This document shows positions 63,491-64,000 of a DNA stretch of 64,000 nt, in pieces (position 1 is the stretch's first letter; the number at the start of each line of letters is the position of its first letter). Origin of the DNA: Malacoraja senta (lineage: Eukaryota); assembly GCA_038087875.1 (NCBI GenBank), contig CM075986.1, positions 18,042,001 to 18,106,000 on the forward strand. Direction: 5' to 3'. The position numbers and the translations under genes were made by a program. The notes below the pieces were generated by a model. The model ran no database searches and was not told the DNA's origin. It saw only the letters and a list, made by a program, of their open reading frames with translations.

Positions 63491-64000
63491 GCAAGTACTT
63501 TTTGTTTGTACATTAGGATCAGTAATTTTGCTTACACCCATTTGGTTACATTTGGTAAATATTATTCATTCAGAAACAAAGTGTTCATCATGATTGCAGC
63601 TCATTGAATATAAACAGTTAACACAATGCTTTGTAGCAAAATTAAACAAATCTCCTAGTTACCTAATGAAAAGAGAATTTAATTCGGTCATATACACCAA
63701 AAGTCACAAATTAAATACAATTTTCAATTAAATTTAGGTTAGTTTGTTGCTTTTACATCTCTTTCTCGAACTAGCACTGCAGTTTCAATTATTCCTTCCT
63801 ATAGGCAAGAATGGAACTGGAATGGGCAACTGGAAATAATAGTATAATTAAAACTATACTGAACTGAAACTGAATTAATAATGAACTGAGGGGTCAGATA
63901 CAACTCACTTTAACTCTGACAACACAATCTTATTCATGAATGTGTCCACCAACCTTATAATAAATATAAATGCAGGTAAGTAGTAGTTAGATTTCTTAAT

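Noticed and set aside
63960-63985. Strong donor CAG|GTAAGT near the window end as CNTD1 exon 6
   Set aside because: Upstream sequence does not encode the expected KF.SVKEDFMLLAVGII peptide.

Overview
Vertebrate (eukaryotic) genomic DNA. The repeat content (HE1/V-SINEs, CR1-clade LINEs, Penelope-derived palindromic repeats) points to a cartilaginous fish, probably a skate or ray; this is inference. The window holds the WNK4-COA3-CNTD1 block known from human 17q21. WNK4 (+) is seen from the third exon (5436) to a stop at 42480, with the first two exons not visible. COA3 (-) is complete, with 2 coding exons and a U12-type minor intron. CNTD1 (+) exons 1-5 run off the right edge, and exon 5 uses a GC donor. 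All exon calls have phase-compatible splice junctions checked by hand. Main points of interest: (i) this WNK4 lacks the canonical RFQV SPAK/OSR1-docking motif and the C-terminal KGVTF PP1 motif, but has an extra symmetric exon resembling the WNK1 RFIV exon, carrying RTFLV; (ii) a series of decayed exon-like blocks on the - strand, from the CNTD1 CpG island to beyond COA3, suggests an unannotated dead gene interleaved with COA3; (iii) many dispersed Penelope-derived repeats carry minimal hammerhead-ribozyme cores; (iv) a 74/148-bp higher-order minisatellite abuts the CNTD1 promoter. Comparisons with human proteins are from memory, not from a database search. Repeat boundaries are approximate.
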